DNA of 63,321 bases from a virus (taxonomy: Duplodnaviria; Caudoviricetes): positions 1 through 63,321 of IMG/VR virus record IMGVR_UViG_3300042534_000414; one strand, 5' to 3'. The notes beneath the pieces are model-generated. The model made no database searches. It was not told where the DNA came from and was given only the letters and a program-made list of their open reading frames with translations. The position numbers and the translations under genes are program-made. Positions 36,680-46,623 of this stretch are shown piece after piece; positions within the stretch are counted from its first letter, which is position 1, and every line of letters begins with the position of its first letter.

Positions 36680-38823
36680 TGAGTTTCACAAAGGCTACAA
36701 AATACGGAACAGGATTAGGTAAGATATACTTAACTACGTTCACTAATAATATTATCGCTACATACGATAATAACAAGAAAGGTAAGGAGATGGCTAATCA
36801 AGTGATATTAGCCTCTAGTCCTGTAATCGGGGAAACTTTAGCTGTGGCTACAATTACTTATACAGTAGGGGCAGGTACGGTAACAGATTTAACTATTGGA
36901 GGTACTTCAATATTTGATACAGGAACTCCTATTTCTGGTGCAAGTTTAAGTGCATTAGCAACTAATACTGCAACGGCAATTAACAGTTATACTTCAAGTC
37001 CTAACTATACAGCACAAGTGTTGGGTAATACTGTTTATATTTTTATTACAGCAGGGTTTGGTTCAAGCTTAAATGGTTCAACCGTAGCTGCAACAGTAAC
37101 AGGAACATTAGAATTTACAAAAACTGACTTAGATGGCGGTACCTCATCACAAGATGTTGTGGATGCACAAACAGGTATTAAGGTTTGGATAAATGATGAT
37201 GTTGCTGCACAATTTGGTACGATAGTAGGAGCAACAGATATTTCAGCATTTGTAGTAAGGAAACCATTTAACTCACCTACTGATATACGTTCATACACAA
37301 TTAGTGGAGGAAGTATAAACATAGAGAGAAAAGGATCAACAACCGAAGTACAAATTGATACAGAGGGAGCTTTATCTACGGATACATTAACAGATATTAT
37401 TGCAGTAGGATTTTCCAATGGTGATACATTAATTTTAAGAGGGGTAAATGGAGCTAGAGCAACAACAATAACAACAGCAGGTAACATTAATTTAGCAAAC
37501 TCGGCAAACTTTGTAACAGGAGGAAATGAGAGCGTAATTGTGTTACAGTTTATTGGTGGAGATTTTTGGGAGATTTCACGCTCACCGGGTTTACCATTAA
37601 CAGTTGCTGCATTTAGAAGTGCTAACTTTCCCCAAGAAGTTTTGGGTAGTAAAGATATTGAGTTAACAGCAGGAGGAGGAACAATTAACTTAGAGCCTGG
37701 TGTTGATGAAAAGTATATTAGAATTACAGGTTCAGCAGTAACGTTAACTTCTTCATGGACAATACAAGGTACAGGAACTCCAAAAGAGGGAGATACGTTT
37801 ATCGTTTATGTTGACCAACAAATCACTTTAGATGGAAATAACGTAACAATCTTTGGTATTCCATTAACTTCATTACAAGCTTCTTCAACACAAGCAAGTG
37901 GTAATAAGTGTATAGTAATAGGCGAATATGTAGTAACATGGAGAGGTACTTTAATTGCAAATAGCAGAGGTAGAGATTTGGTGGATACTACACAATTAGC
38001 TACTAAGGAAAACAACTTAGGTAATCCATTAGTAAACGGACAAATATTATCAAGTGATACATTAGGTGTAAGAACATGGATACCATACGATCAGGATAGT
38101 TATGATAGTGGTTGGAAAGTAATGAACGCTCACAATGGTACATTTGGACTTGCTGCGGTAGAAGGTTGGACTAATCCTAGTATTAGAGTAATTAACAGAG
38201 TAGTGTTTATTACAGGTCAATTCTTAATTCCATTATCTACAAGTGCATCAATGGGTAATACTTTAAGAACACCTTGGAGTAGTTATCAGAATCCATTTAA
38301 TGTAGATACTGAAACTTTTGCTGCAACAGCAGGTGGATTTAGTGTAAATCCTAATGGAGCTGCAACATCACAAACTCCAATTTTACCAACAGCATTAATG
38401 CCTACACAAACTGTTTTAGCAGGTAGAAATGTATTTGCGCAAAGAAACATATTGGATACAGGAAACACTCATGTGATTGTATTAAATACTATATTTAATC
38501 AAGTTCAATTACAAACTGATGGTAGGTTGTTAATTGTAAGTCAATTTGATGTAAATGATTCAATAGGAACAGCAATAGTTAACTTCCCTGCACAACAGTT
38601 TATAACAGTTGCGGATAGTGGTGCAAATGTACCATCTTATTCAACGTATAAACAACAGATTGGTGGATTTGCTGTAACTGATTCAACTAAAACATATCCT
38701 GCTGCAATTAACGGAATGGATGCAAGTAAATGGGGAGGTTATATTTTTAACTTAAACATATCTTATCCAATCAGTTCATCAGTAAGTAGAGATGATATTA
38801 TTGCAGCATTTGATTCAATATAA
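36679..38823 (+). CDS. virion structural/fibre protein
   Basis: 714 aa, G/T/S-rich beta protein. Confidence 0.65.
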   Translation: MSFTKATKYGTGLGKIYLTTFTNNIIATYDNNKKGKEMANQVILASSPVIGETLAVATITYTVGAGTVTDLTIGGTSIFDTGTPISGASLSALATNTATAINSYTSSPNYTAQVLGNTVYIFITAGFGSSLNGSTVAATVTGTLEFTKTDLDGGTSSQDVVDAQTGIKVWINDDVAAQFGTIVGATDISAFVVRKPFNSPTDIRSYTISGGSINIERKGSTTEVQIDTEGALSTDTLTDIIAVGFSNGDTLILRGVNGARATTITTAGNINLANSANFVTGGNESVIVLQFIGGDFWEISRSPGLPLTVAAFRSANFPQEVLGSKDIELTAGGGTINLEPGVDEKYIRITGSAVTLTSSWTIQGTGTPKEGDTFIVYVDQQITLDGNNVTIFGIPLTSLQASSTQASGNKCIVIGEYVVTWRGTLIANSRGRDLVDTTQLATKENNLGNPLVNGQILSSDTLGVRTWIPYDQDSYDSGWKVMNAHNGTFGLAAVEGWTNPSIRVINRVVFITGQFLIPLSTSASMGNTLRTPWSSYQNPFNVDTETFAATAGGFSVNPNGAATSQTPILPTALMPTQTVLAGRNVFAQRNILDTGNTHVIVLNTIFNQVQLQTDGRLLIVSQFDVNDSIGTAIVNFPAQQFITVADSGANVPSYSTYKQQIGGFAVTDSTKTYPAAINGMDASKWGGYIFNLNISYPISSSVSRDDIIAAFDSI

Positions 38824-38831
38824 TTTGAAGT

Positions 38832-39542
38832 ATGATAAATGTAAATAAGGTATATGAGTTTTTGCAGTTTATAGCAAATAAGAGCCAGAGTGGTTTTTTA
38901 ACTCCAAAGGATTTTAACAAGAGTATATCAAGGGCTTTATATGAGGTAATCAATAAGAGGTACCATAATGTAAAGATGCAAAAGCCTGATGGATCGTCTG
39001 TAATTGGATTTGAACAAAATCAAAAGATTACGGATGATTTAAGGTATTTGATAGTAAGGCGAGAAGCTTATCCTGTTAAGGGAGGTTTGGTTAATTTACC
39101 TAGTGATTATTTACATTTATCGACATTATCTTATGTAAGAAATGATTTGGATAAGGAAGGTGAATTACAGAGTGATTTAGTTAACTTTAGGATATTGAGA
39201 GATTCTGAATTGGCTACACAATTATCTTCTGTAATCTTCAATAAAAAAATCAAATCAGGTAAGATGGGAGTAGCTAGATTTGTGGGTGATGCCATAGAGA
39301 TATTTCCTAAAGAGATATTTACAGTAAAGCTAGTTTATTTAAGAAAGCCAATAACACCATTTTGGGGTTTTGATGTAGTAAATGGAAAGCCAGTATATGC
39401 TGCTGATAAGTCGGTGGATATAGAGATGCCAGATGATTGTATGAATGAGATAGTATTTAATTGTGCATCGTACTTAGGGATGAATTTACGCGAAGCGGAA
39501 TTGATACAATATTCAGAAACACTTAAACAACAAGGAGCGTAA
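38832..39542 (+). CDS. tail ring/tubular protein (P22 gp4-like)
   Basis: NKSQSGFLTP..FN, LPSDY, YLRKP..P.W motifs typical of crAss-like ring proteins. Confidence 0.65.
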   Translation: MINVNKVYEFLQFIANKSQSGFLTPKDFNKSISRALYEVINKRYHNVKMQKPDGSSVIGFEQNQKITDDLRYLIVRREAYPVKGGLVNLPSDYLHLSTLSYVRNDLDKEGELQSDLVNFRILRDSELATQLSSVIFNKKIKSGKMGVARFVGDAIEIFPKEIFTVKLVYLRKPITPFWGFDVVNGKPVYAADKSVDIEMPDDCMNEIVFNCASYLGMNLREAELIQYSETLKQQGA

Positions 39543-40168
39543 TGAGAGATACAAGAACTTTAATTGCGGAACAAGCGCAAAGGGTAATCCAAGGTGGTGA
39601 TGTAAACTCTGATGTTCAAGTAACAAAGGAGGAGTTAGAAGTTTTTGTTGACCAAGCTTTTGGTAAATTTATTTATAATAACTTTTACGAGAATAAAAAC
39701 ACAGAGGGTGAGAGTAGTGTAAATGGTACATTTATTTATTCATTTGTGGAGCCAGTAAAATGTGATACGGAAAGGAATAGGTATTATGCGCCAATAAATA
39801 GCACGTATGTAAACTTACCTAATGGTATGGGTATTTATAGTGTTTCTCCGATACAAGATGAGTTTAATACATTTGTGCCATTACGCACAGATTTCTTAAC
39901 TTTGACAAGAGGTACGATGGTTGCACAATTAGAGGGAAACAAAGGCTATACAATTGAGAATACAAGGATATACTTGCACAATTTGGATAAGGCTACATTA
40001 CCGGAAAAACTATTAATTAAATTAGTAGGAGGTATTCAAAATGCAAAGCAAGAGGATAGTGTAGATATATCATTAAACTTCCAAGATGATATAGTGAAGT
40101 TAGTTGTACAGATGTATATGGTAATGCGCCAAACACCACAAGATAATATTAACGATAACGTGAAATAA
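39542..40168 (+). CDS. tail ring/adaptor protein
   Basis: 208 aa in the tail-ring cluster. Confidence 0.55.
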   Translation: MRDTRTLIAEQAQRVIQGGDVNSDVQVTKEELEVFVDQAFGKFIYNNFYENKNTEGESSVNGTFIYSFVEPVKCDTERNRYYAPINSTYVNLPNGMGIYSVSPIQDEFNTFVPLRTDFLTLTRGTMVAQLEGNKGYTIENTRIYLHNLDKATLPEKLLIKLVGGIQNAKQEDSVDISLNFQDDIVKLVVQMYMVMRQTPQDNINDNVK

Positions 40169-40170
40169 CT

Positions 40171-40926
40171 ATGAATCAAACAAGTTTAGATAGTGTAGTA
40201 AGGGAATGGTTGTTCGAGAGTGGAAACACAGAACATAAATACGCAAGAGCGTTATCATTAGCGTTAGGCTGTATGCGTACATTAAACTTAGATGTGAGTG
40301 GTTCGCCAGTAGCAAAGTTGTTACAAGTAAACACTAACGATACAGTTAATTTACCGAACGATTTTATTTCATTGGTAACTTTAGGTATTTATGATGCTAA
40401 AGGTAATATACGCCCATTATATCCTGCATTTACAAAAGGCAAGGATGTTTCGATAGACGAGTGTGGTAATATTTTATCGCCAAAGGGAAGTGATAATATG
40501 AATCAAGTAATTTATTACGATAGAAACGATCATGCTTTTGTAAACTTTGGTGAAGTAACAGGGGGTATATTTGGATTAGGTGGAGGACAGAACACAAACG
40601 GTTATTACACAATTAACTTACAGAGAGGCTATATAGCGTTGGATGGCTACCAAGGTGGCAGCACAATTTATATAGAATACCTAGCAGATTTACAGAGAAC
40701 AGATGGGGGTTTTTCAGTACACCCATATATCATAGATACTATAAAGAATTACATCAGTTGGAAGATGGTTGAGAACAACTTTAATGTAGCTTTAAACCAA
40801 AAGGAAGTTTTAAGAAGAAACTACGTTTTGGAAAAGAAAAAAAGTGTTGCAAGATTTAAATCCTTTACTAAGGATGAGATGTTGCAAACGTTTAGAAAGG
40901 GTAATAAATTATCTCCTAAATTTTAA
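40171..40926 (+). CDS. tail ring/adaptor protein
   Basis: LPNDF...IEYLAD...I.NYI pattern. Confidence 0.6.
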   Translation: MNQTSLDSVVREWLFESGNTEHKYARALSLALGCMRTLNLDVSGSPVAKLLQVNTNDTVNLPNDFISLVTLGIYDAKGNIRPLYPAFTKGKDVSIDECGNILSPKGSDNMNQVIYYDRNDHAFVNFGEVTGGIFGLGGGQNTNGYYTINLQRGYIALDGYQGGSTIYIEYLADLQRTDGGFSVHPYIIDTIKNYISWKMVENNFNVALNQKEVLRRNYVLEKKKSVARFKSFTKDEMLQTFRKGNKLSPKF

Positions 40927-40929
40927 TCT

Positions 40930-43900
40930 ATGATAGAAAATAGAAGAGTTATATACGGTATGGATACAGATACCGATGAACGTGATGTAGTAAACGGTTA
41001 CTGCCGAAAAGCTGTAAATGTAAGGATTGGTTCAAGTGATGGTGAGAATAGAAATTCAGTTGAATTAGTTAAGGGTAATGAGATAAGAAAAATTGATTTG
41101 CCAGAGGGTGATAATACTACTATTGGTGCTTATGAATATAAGAGAGATAGTATTGTGTATTACTTTAACCATAACAGTTTAGGAAACCATAATATTGTTC
41201 AGTATAACTTTTTACAAGAGCGTAGTGTTATTGTAATGATAAGCGAGTTGTTAAACTTTAGCAAGGATTATTTAATTACGCACGTTGATATAGTTGATTT
41301 AGATAACGAGAATCAATTAATTTATTTTGTTGATAGATTGAATCCACCAAGGAAGTTTAATATCGGTAAAGCGATTAGAACATTCAATACAGGATTAACA
41401 GGGGATAAGTATGATATACCTATTACATTAGATGTTATAGACGCCATTAAATACCCACCATTATTTCCTCCAATAAGTAGATATTTTACGGATGCACAAT
41501 TTGATGTAAACTACTTCAAAAACGAACTATGGCAATTTAAAGCAAGGTATGTATATGATGATAACGAGAAGAGTGCATATAGTCCAATATCCAAACAGAC
41601 TATAAGTAATACTGCATACATTCAAACTACTAATCAATTCAATAACGCCATTAAAGTAGAAGTACCTAAAGGAGGAGAATTAGTAAAGCGATTAGAGATA
41701 TTAGCTAGACCAAATGAGGTATCTGATTTTATAGTTGTATCAGATAAGTTTATAGAAGATTATCAAGTAGATATAAATGGTAATTACGTATTTGATTTTT
41801 ACAATGATGGTAATTACTCAATTGCTGATTTAAGAGATTCAATTAAGCCATTTGATAGATTACCTATCTTAGCTGGAACACAATCATTGATTGAGGGTAA
41901 TCGAATTGTGTATGGAGATATTGTAGAGGATTATAACAACGTAGAAGTAGATGCTGATTTATCTGTTGGATATGAGGAGTTTGAGGATGCGGAGGTAGAA
42001 GAAACGTTAAACACTATAAAGGGTAGTATTATTATTAGAAATGTAAATAAAATGCCTAGTGGTGCTATTGGTGTTTACGGAATAGATGCCTTGTTTAAGG
42101 AAAAATGGGATAGCGAAGATTTCCAAAGATGTCAACCTATAAGATATTTAAATGGAGATACAAGTGGTACTCCTTATTTTGGCAGCGTAAGTATAGCTCA
42201 CGCAGGTATTGCAAAATCTAATTGGGATGGAATGACAGAAAAAGATTATTTAAATGCAGGTCTTTACTACAATCCAATACCATTAGGAGGTTTTGTTGTT
42301 TATTTAGTAGGTACTAATTTTAAAACAGTTTCAAAACAAAGAAGAATTTTAAATGATGCACAAGGGTCAAATAATATATTCTTTATGAATAGAATTAATG
42401 CCGATGCTATTGTTGGTAAAATGAAAAAAGAAGAGATATTAAGTGATTTTGAAATAAAAGGTGTACCTGATGGAGAATACATTGTAAGGATAGCAAGTCA
42501 TTTAACAACTAGAGAGGAGTTGGATGATATTACAAGACCTTATGAAAGAACATCAACATTTACATTAAGAGTAGGTGGCGTTAATGGAGGCGAGTGTAAA
42601 GTTAAAGTTGAAGGTGGTGAAGTAAAGAAAATTGGTTTAACAGAAATAGCTGATATAACTTATCCGAAAATAAGAAAAGATGGTACATTTAATAAAAACG
42701 AAATGTTTATTAACAATACTATTTCTTTTGGTTATTTGCATGATAATGAAGCGGAAGAGTATTTAGTAACGAATGATATAAGAGCGCAACAACGGGTAAC
42801 TTATAGTAGGATTTTTTATAAATGTACTAATGAGATACCACAAGGGCTTTACGGAGGCGCAAGACCTTATGTTATAGGACAAAGTGGAACTTTATCAAAT
42901 CCTTTCTTCTTTACTGACCACAATGGATTCTTTTTTATTAAAACGGATGTTACACAATTTACTAGGATGCAACAAGGTACAGTAAGTACATCTATTAAAT
43001 TTTATAAAGCAGAATTAACAAACTTAGAGGAGGTTGTTAGTTATTCTAGTACAGATAATGATGGATTAAGATTGTTAGGTCAAGTAGGTATAAGGAGTGC
43101 TTTAGCAAACGCTAAAACAATATTAAGCGGTAGTATATTAGATAATAATGGAAATCCTGTTCCTGGTATGTTAGTTGTCGGAGAAAGAGCAGATGTTCAG
43201 TTTACGGATTTAAGTGGTGATTTTCAAATAATTGTGTATGCAGATTCATTTTACGCTTACGAACAATCGTTGAATGTTAGTCAATATTATGGTTTAATAT
43301 TATCTTACATGGGATCTTCTCAAATTAGATATAGCTTTAGAGATAATATATTAACACTTGCTTATGTGATTTTAGGTGAAAATGATAATCCATTAATAAA
43401 TATATTTAATGTAAATATAACTAGAGATTATTCTGACTTTGAAGCATTAACAACCTTTGGCTTAGGTAAAAGTTTCTTAAAGCGAGGAACAAGCTATGAA
43501 TTTGGTATAGTTTATTTTGATAGGGCGAATAGAAGTGGAGCGGTAAACACGATTGATAAATTAAAGTTAGATATACCATTTTTCACAGATAAGGTAAAGC
43601 TAGGTTTACAATCGTTAAACACGCCATTAGTTGATTCGTTTAGTTCGGTACCAGTAGTAAGTGGTTACATTTACCATAAGGCACCAAGTTGGGCTACACA
43701 TTACGCATGGGTACGAACAAAGAAGTTAACGTTTAGAAACTATATTCAATTTATCTCAAAATCAACTACATACAAAACTATTTCGGATGATGTAACATCT
43801 AGTAACGATGGCTACACAATTGAGATAAATATCGATAACATAGTAAACGGATACAATGAGATAAACAAAGGAAGTGAATTAGTTTATACATTTACCAAGG

Positions 43901-45690
43901 GAGATAGATTAAGATTTATCAAAGCCGCAAATGGATTTCCTTTTACACAGAGATTTGATTTAGAGATATTGAATTACGATATAGGTACAGGAATAATAAC
44001 TTTACGTAATGAGTTTAATCTACCTACATTAACAAGTGGAGGAGGTGATTTATTTGAGATATACACACCGGTTAAAGATTTAGAAAATAATTTCTTCTTT
44101 GAGATTGGAGAGTTTTACGATATAAAGAATGGTTTACATTTAGGTAATGAACAAAACCAAACTGATACGGAACCTGCAATAGTGAAGTTTAATTCTGGAG
44201 ATACATATTTGTTTAAACGTAATATGCCTATAACGGATACTTTATTTAAGAATGAATATGTAGAGAGTAATTACGTAAATGATTTTGTGGATAGGAATTT
44301 TATCACAGCAGACACAGGGCGACCTAATATTGTTAATATGGATATTAAACAATTAAGGCGACCAACTACAATTTACTATTCGCAAAGGTTTATTCCAGAA
44401 TCAGGTATTAATGGTTTAAACAGTTTCTTTGATGAGAACTTTGAGCAGTATGATAGAAAGTACGGAAGTATTCAAAGGTTAGCTTCATTTGATAAGCGAT
44501 TAGAGTGTTATCAGGAATTAAAGGTAGGGCAAATCTTAGTAGAGGAAAATGTAATATTTGACCAATTTGCGCAAGGACAAGTTGCTGCAAGTGAGAAGGT
44601 ATTAAGTAAAATGATTTATTATTCAGGCGAATATGGAATTGGATTACACCCTGAAAGTTTTTGTTACTACGGAAACAGAAGATACTTTGTTGATTACAGA
44701 AGAGGTGCTGTTTGTAGATTAAGTATTGATGGAATTACGCTTATTTCCGATATTAAAATGGAGGAGTTTTTTGAGGATAAGTTTAAGGAGTATTTATCAC
44801 AAGAAAGGGTACCAACTATATTTACAACTTACGATGTAGGATATGATGAATTAGTGGTTGCTTTTGGTGGGTTAAACAGAACATTGTTTATACCTCCTGT
44901 TGTTGGGAATATAAACTTTGGCTCAATTGTGTATGAAACTCAATTAATAGATGGTAGTTCAACGATTGTGTTTGATGCACAATTAGAGGACAACAAAACA
45001 GGCTACGAAGCAGATATAATTGTACAGAGAGATATATTTAATGGTAGATACATAATAGAAGCTACACCAATATTACCTGCTTACGAAAGAAAGGTAGATG
45101 TGGATATTAAACCAATTACTTTAGCGTTTAGTGAAACAACAAAGCATTGGACAACATTCTATTCGTTTACACCAGAGTATATGTGTTCGGTTGGATTGAA
45201 TATTGTTTCATTTAAAAATGGACAATTATTCTTACATGACCAAAACGCAAATCATTCTGTATTCTATGGGGTGGCATACCAAAGTGAATTATGGATACCA
45301 TTTAATACACAGCCTGAATCAAGTAAGATATTAAAATCTATTGTACTTTACACTACAAGTCCATTTGATGTAATTATTGAAACTTTGAACGGACAAGAAA
45401 CTACTAATGATGTATTTGATTTTGTGGAAGAGGATTTAGAGAGTTTAGTATTTACAGGAAAGGAAAATGCTTTTTACTCACAAGTTTGGAGGGATATAAA
45501 TAGCGTTAATGAGGAGTTTCCTAAAATTAATGGTGATGCAATGAGAGATAGAAGTTTCTTAGTTAAGTTACAGACTAACTCAAAGCGCAAGGAAATTGTG
45601 TATCAAGTAGGGTTAAATTATGCTGTTTCTGCTAGAAATTTAAAAGAATCAAGTGATATAGCATCTAAGTTAGGTAAACTATTAAAGTAA
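40930..45690 (+). CDS. tail stabilisation/muzzle protein (P22 gp10-like)
   Basis: GMDTD.DER...A.NVR, NPPRKFN, GNRIVYG, YGSIQ, YGIGLHPES, W.TFYSF.P motifs. Confidence 0.75.
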   Translation: MIENRRVIYGMDTDTDERDVVNGYCRKAVNVRIGSSDGENRNSVELVKGNEIRKIDLPEGDNTTIGAYEYKRDSIVYYFNHNSLGNHNIVQYNFLQERSVIVMISELLNFSKDYLITHVDIVDLDNENQLIYFVDRLNPPRKFNIGKAIRTFNTGLTGDKYDIPITLDVIDAIKYPPLFPPISRYFTDAQFDVNYFKNELWQFKARYVYDDNEKSAYSPISKQTISNTAYIQTTNQFNNAIKVEVPKGGELVKRLEILARPNEVSDFIVVSDKFIEDYQVDINGNYVFDFYNDGNYSIADLRDSIKPFDRLPILAGTQSLIEGNRIVYGDIVEDYNNVEVDADLSVGYEEFEDAEVEETLNTIKGSIIIRNVNKMPSGAIGVYGIDALFKEKWDSEDFQRCQPIRYLNGDTSGTPYFGSVSIAHAGIAKSNWDGMTEKDYLNAGLYYNPIPLGGFVVYLVGTNFKTVSKQRRILNDAQGSNNIFFMNRINADAIVGKMKKEEILSDFEIKGVPDGEYIVRIASHLTTREELDDITRPYERTSTFTLRVGGVNGGECKVKVEGGEVKKIGLTEIADITYPKIRKDGTFNKNEMFINNTISFGYLHDNEAEEYLVTNDIRAQQRVTYSRIFYKCTNEIPQGLYGGARPYVIGQSGTLSNPFFFTDHNGFFFIKTDVTQFTRMQQGTVSTSIKFYKAELTNLEEVVSYSSTDNDGLRLLGQVGIRSALANAKTILSGSILDNNGNPVPGMLVVGERADVQFTDLSGDFQIIVYADSFYAYEQSLNVSQYYGLILSYMGSSQIRYSFRDNILTLAYVILGENDNPLINIFNVNITRDYSDFEALTTFGLGKSFLKRGTSYEFGIVYFDRANRSGAVNTIDKLKLDIPFFTDKVKLGLQSLNTPLVDSFSSVPVVSGYIYHKAPSWATHYAWVRTKKLTFRNYIQFISKSTTYKTISDDVTSSNDGYTIEINIDNIVNGYNEINKGSELVYTFTKGDRLRFIKAANGFPFTQRFDLEILNYDIGTGIITLRNEFNLPTLTSGGGDLFEIYTPVKDLENNFFFEIGEFYDIKNGLHLGNEQNQTDTEPAIVKFNSGDTYLFKRNMPITDTLFKNEYVESNYVNDFVDRNFITADTGRPNIVNMDIKQLRRPTTIYYSQRFIPESGINGLNSFFDENFEQYDRKYGSIQRLASFDKRLECYQELKVGQILVEENVIFDQFAQGQVAASEKVLSKMIYYSGEYGIGLHPESFCYYGNRRYFVDYRRGAVCRLSIDGITLISDIKMEEFFEDKFKEYLSQERVPTIFTTYDVGYDELVVAFGGLNRTLFIPPVVGNINFGSIVYETQLIDGSSTIVFDAQLEDNKTGYEADIIVQRDIFNGRYIIEATPILPAYERKVDVDIKPITLAFSETTKHWTTFYSFTPEYMCSVGLNIVSFKNGQLFLHDQNANHSVFYGVAYQSELWIPFNTQPESSKILKSIVLYTTSPFDVIIETLNGQETTNDVFDFVEEDLESLVFTGKENAFYSQVWRDINSVNEEFPKINGDAMRDRSFLVKLQTNSKRKEIVYQVGLNYAVSARNLKESSDIASKLGKLLK

Positions 45691-45944
45691 TGGAAAAGCT
45701 ATTTTTAATCTTATTATCAGGTTATGGATTAACAATGATAATAACTAAGGGAAATATATTTAAACAGATAAGAGAGCGAATAACAACATACTCAATGAAA
45801 CTAGGAATTTTTATAAGTTGTCCTCAATGTGTTGGTTTATATTGTGGAGTTTTGCTATCTTTGTTTTGTGGAGTAGGAATTAAATACTGTTTAATTTACG
45901 GATTTGCGGTGAGTGGAGTAGGTTACACAATTAATAAAATATAA
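45690..45944 (+). CDS. small membrane protein (DUF1360-like CxxC)
   Basis: Hydrophobic, SCPQCVG. Confidence 0.55.
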   Translation: MEKLFLILLSGYGLTMIITKGNIFKQIRERITTYSMKLGIFISCPQCVGLYCGVLLSLFCGVGIKYCLIYGFAVSGVGYTINKI

Positions 45945-45945
45945 A

Positions 45946-46614
45946 ATGGATCCATTAACAATGAGCTTATTAGTAGGAATACCGGCAGCAGTAAAAACTG
46001 GTACTGGTATTGCACAATTCTTACAGGGAAGAAAAGCGTTAAGGAATACAAAACGCCCAATGAGGGAGATACCACAAGAGGTGATTGCTAACTTAACGCA
46101 AGCACAAGTACAAGCATTAGAGGGTATGCCAGAGGAACAAAGAAATTTGTTTTTACAAGATATGCAAAGAAGTCAGCAACAAGCTGTAAGAGGTTTATCT
46201 GATAGAAGAGCAGGTATCGCAGGTATTCCACAATTGTACCAAGGTGAGTTAGATTCATTGAATAGATTGGCTATGCAGGATTCTCAAATGAGATTACAGA
46301 ATCAAGATAGATTAACAGCACAAAGAGCTGAAATGGGAAGGCAGAGGGATACACAATTCCAATTAAACGAATACGAGCCATTCTTAAACAAGATGCGTAT
46401 GGCAGAAGGATTAATTGGTGCAGGTATGCAAAATGCTATGGGAGGAATTACTGATGCTTCTAAGATGTTGATGGATTATAACATGATGGATGAATACAAT
46501 GGAGGTGATGGGTTAAATGTAAGGGATTTATTTAAGTTTAATAATTCTGCAACAGATAATTTAAGATACACTTCAGGAGCAGATAGAAGAGCACAGCAAA
46601 CACCATCTTTTTAA
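45946..46614 (+). CDS. putative ejection/pilot protein
   Basis: MDPLT N-terminus, G/A/Q-rich helices. Confidence 0.6.
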   Translation: MDPLTMSLLVGIPAAVKTGTGIAQFLQGRKALRNTKRPMREIPQEVIANLTQAQVQALEGMPEEQRNLFLQDMQRSQQQAVRGLSDRRAGIAGIPQLYQGELDSLNRLAMQDSQMRLQNQDRLTAQRAEMGRQRDTQFQLNEYEPFLNKMRMAEGLIGAGMQNAMGGITDASKMLMDYNMMDEYNGGDGLNVRDLFKFNNSATDNLRYTSGADRRAQQTPSF

Positions 46615-46623
46615 ATTTAAACT

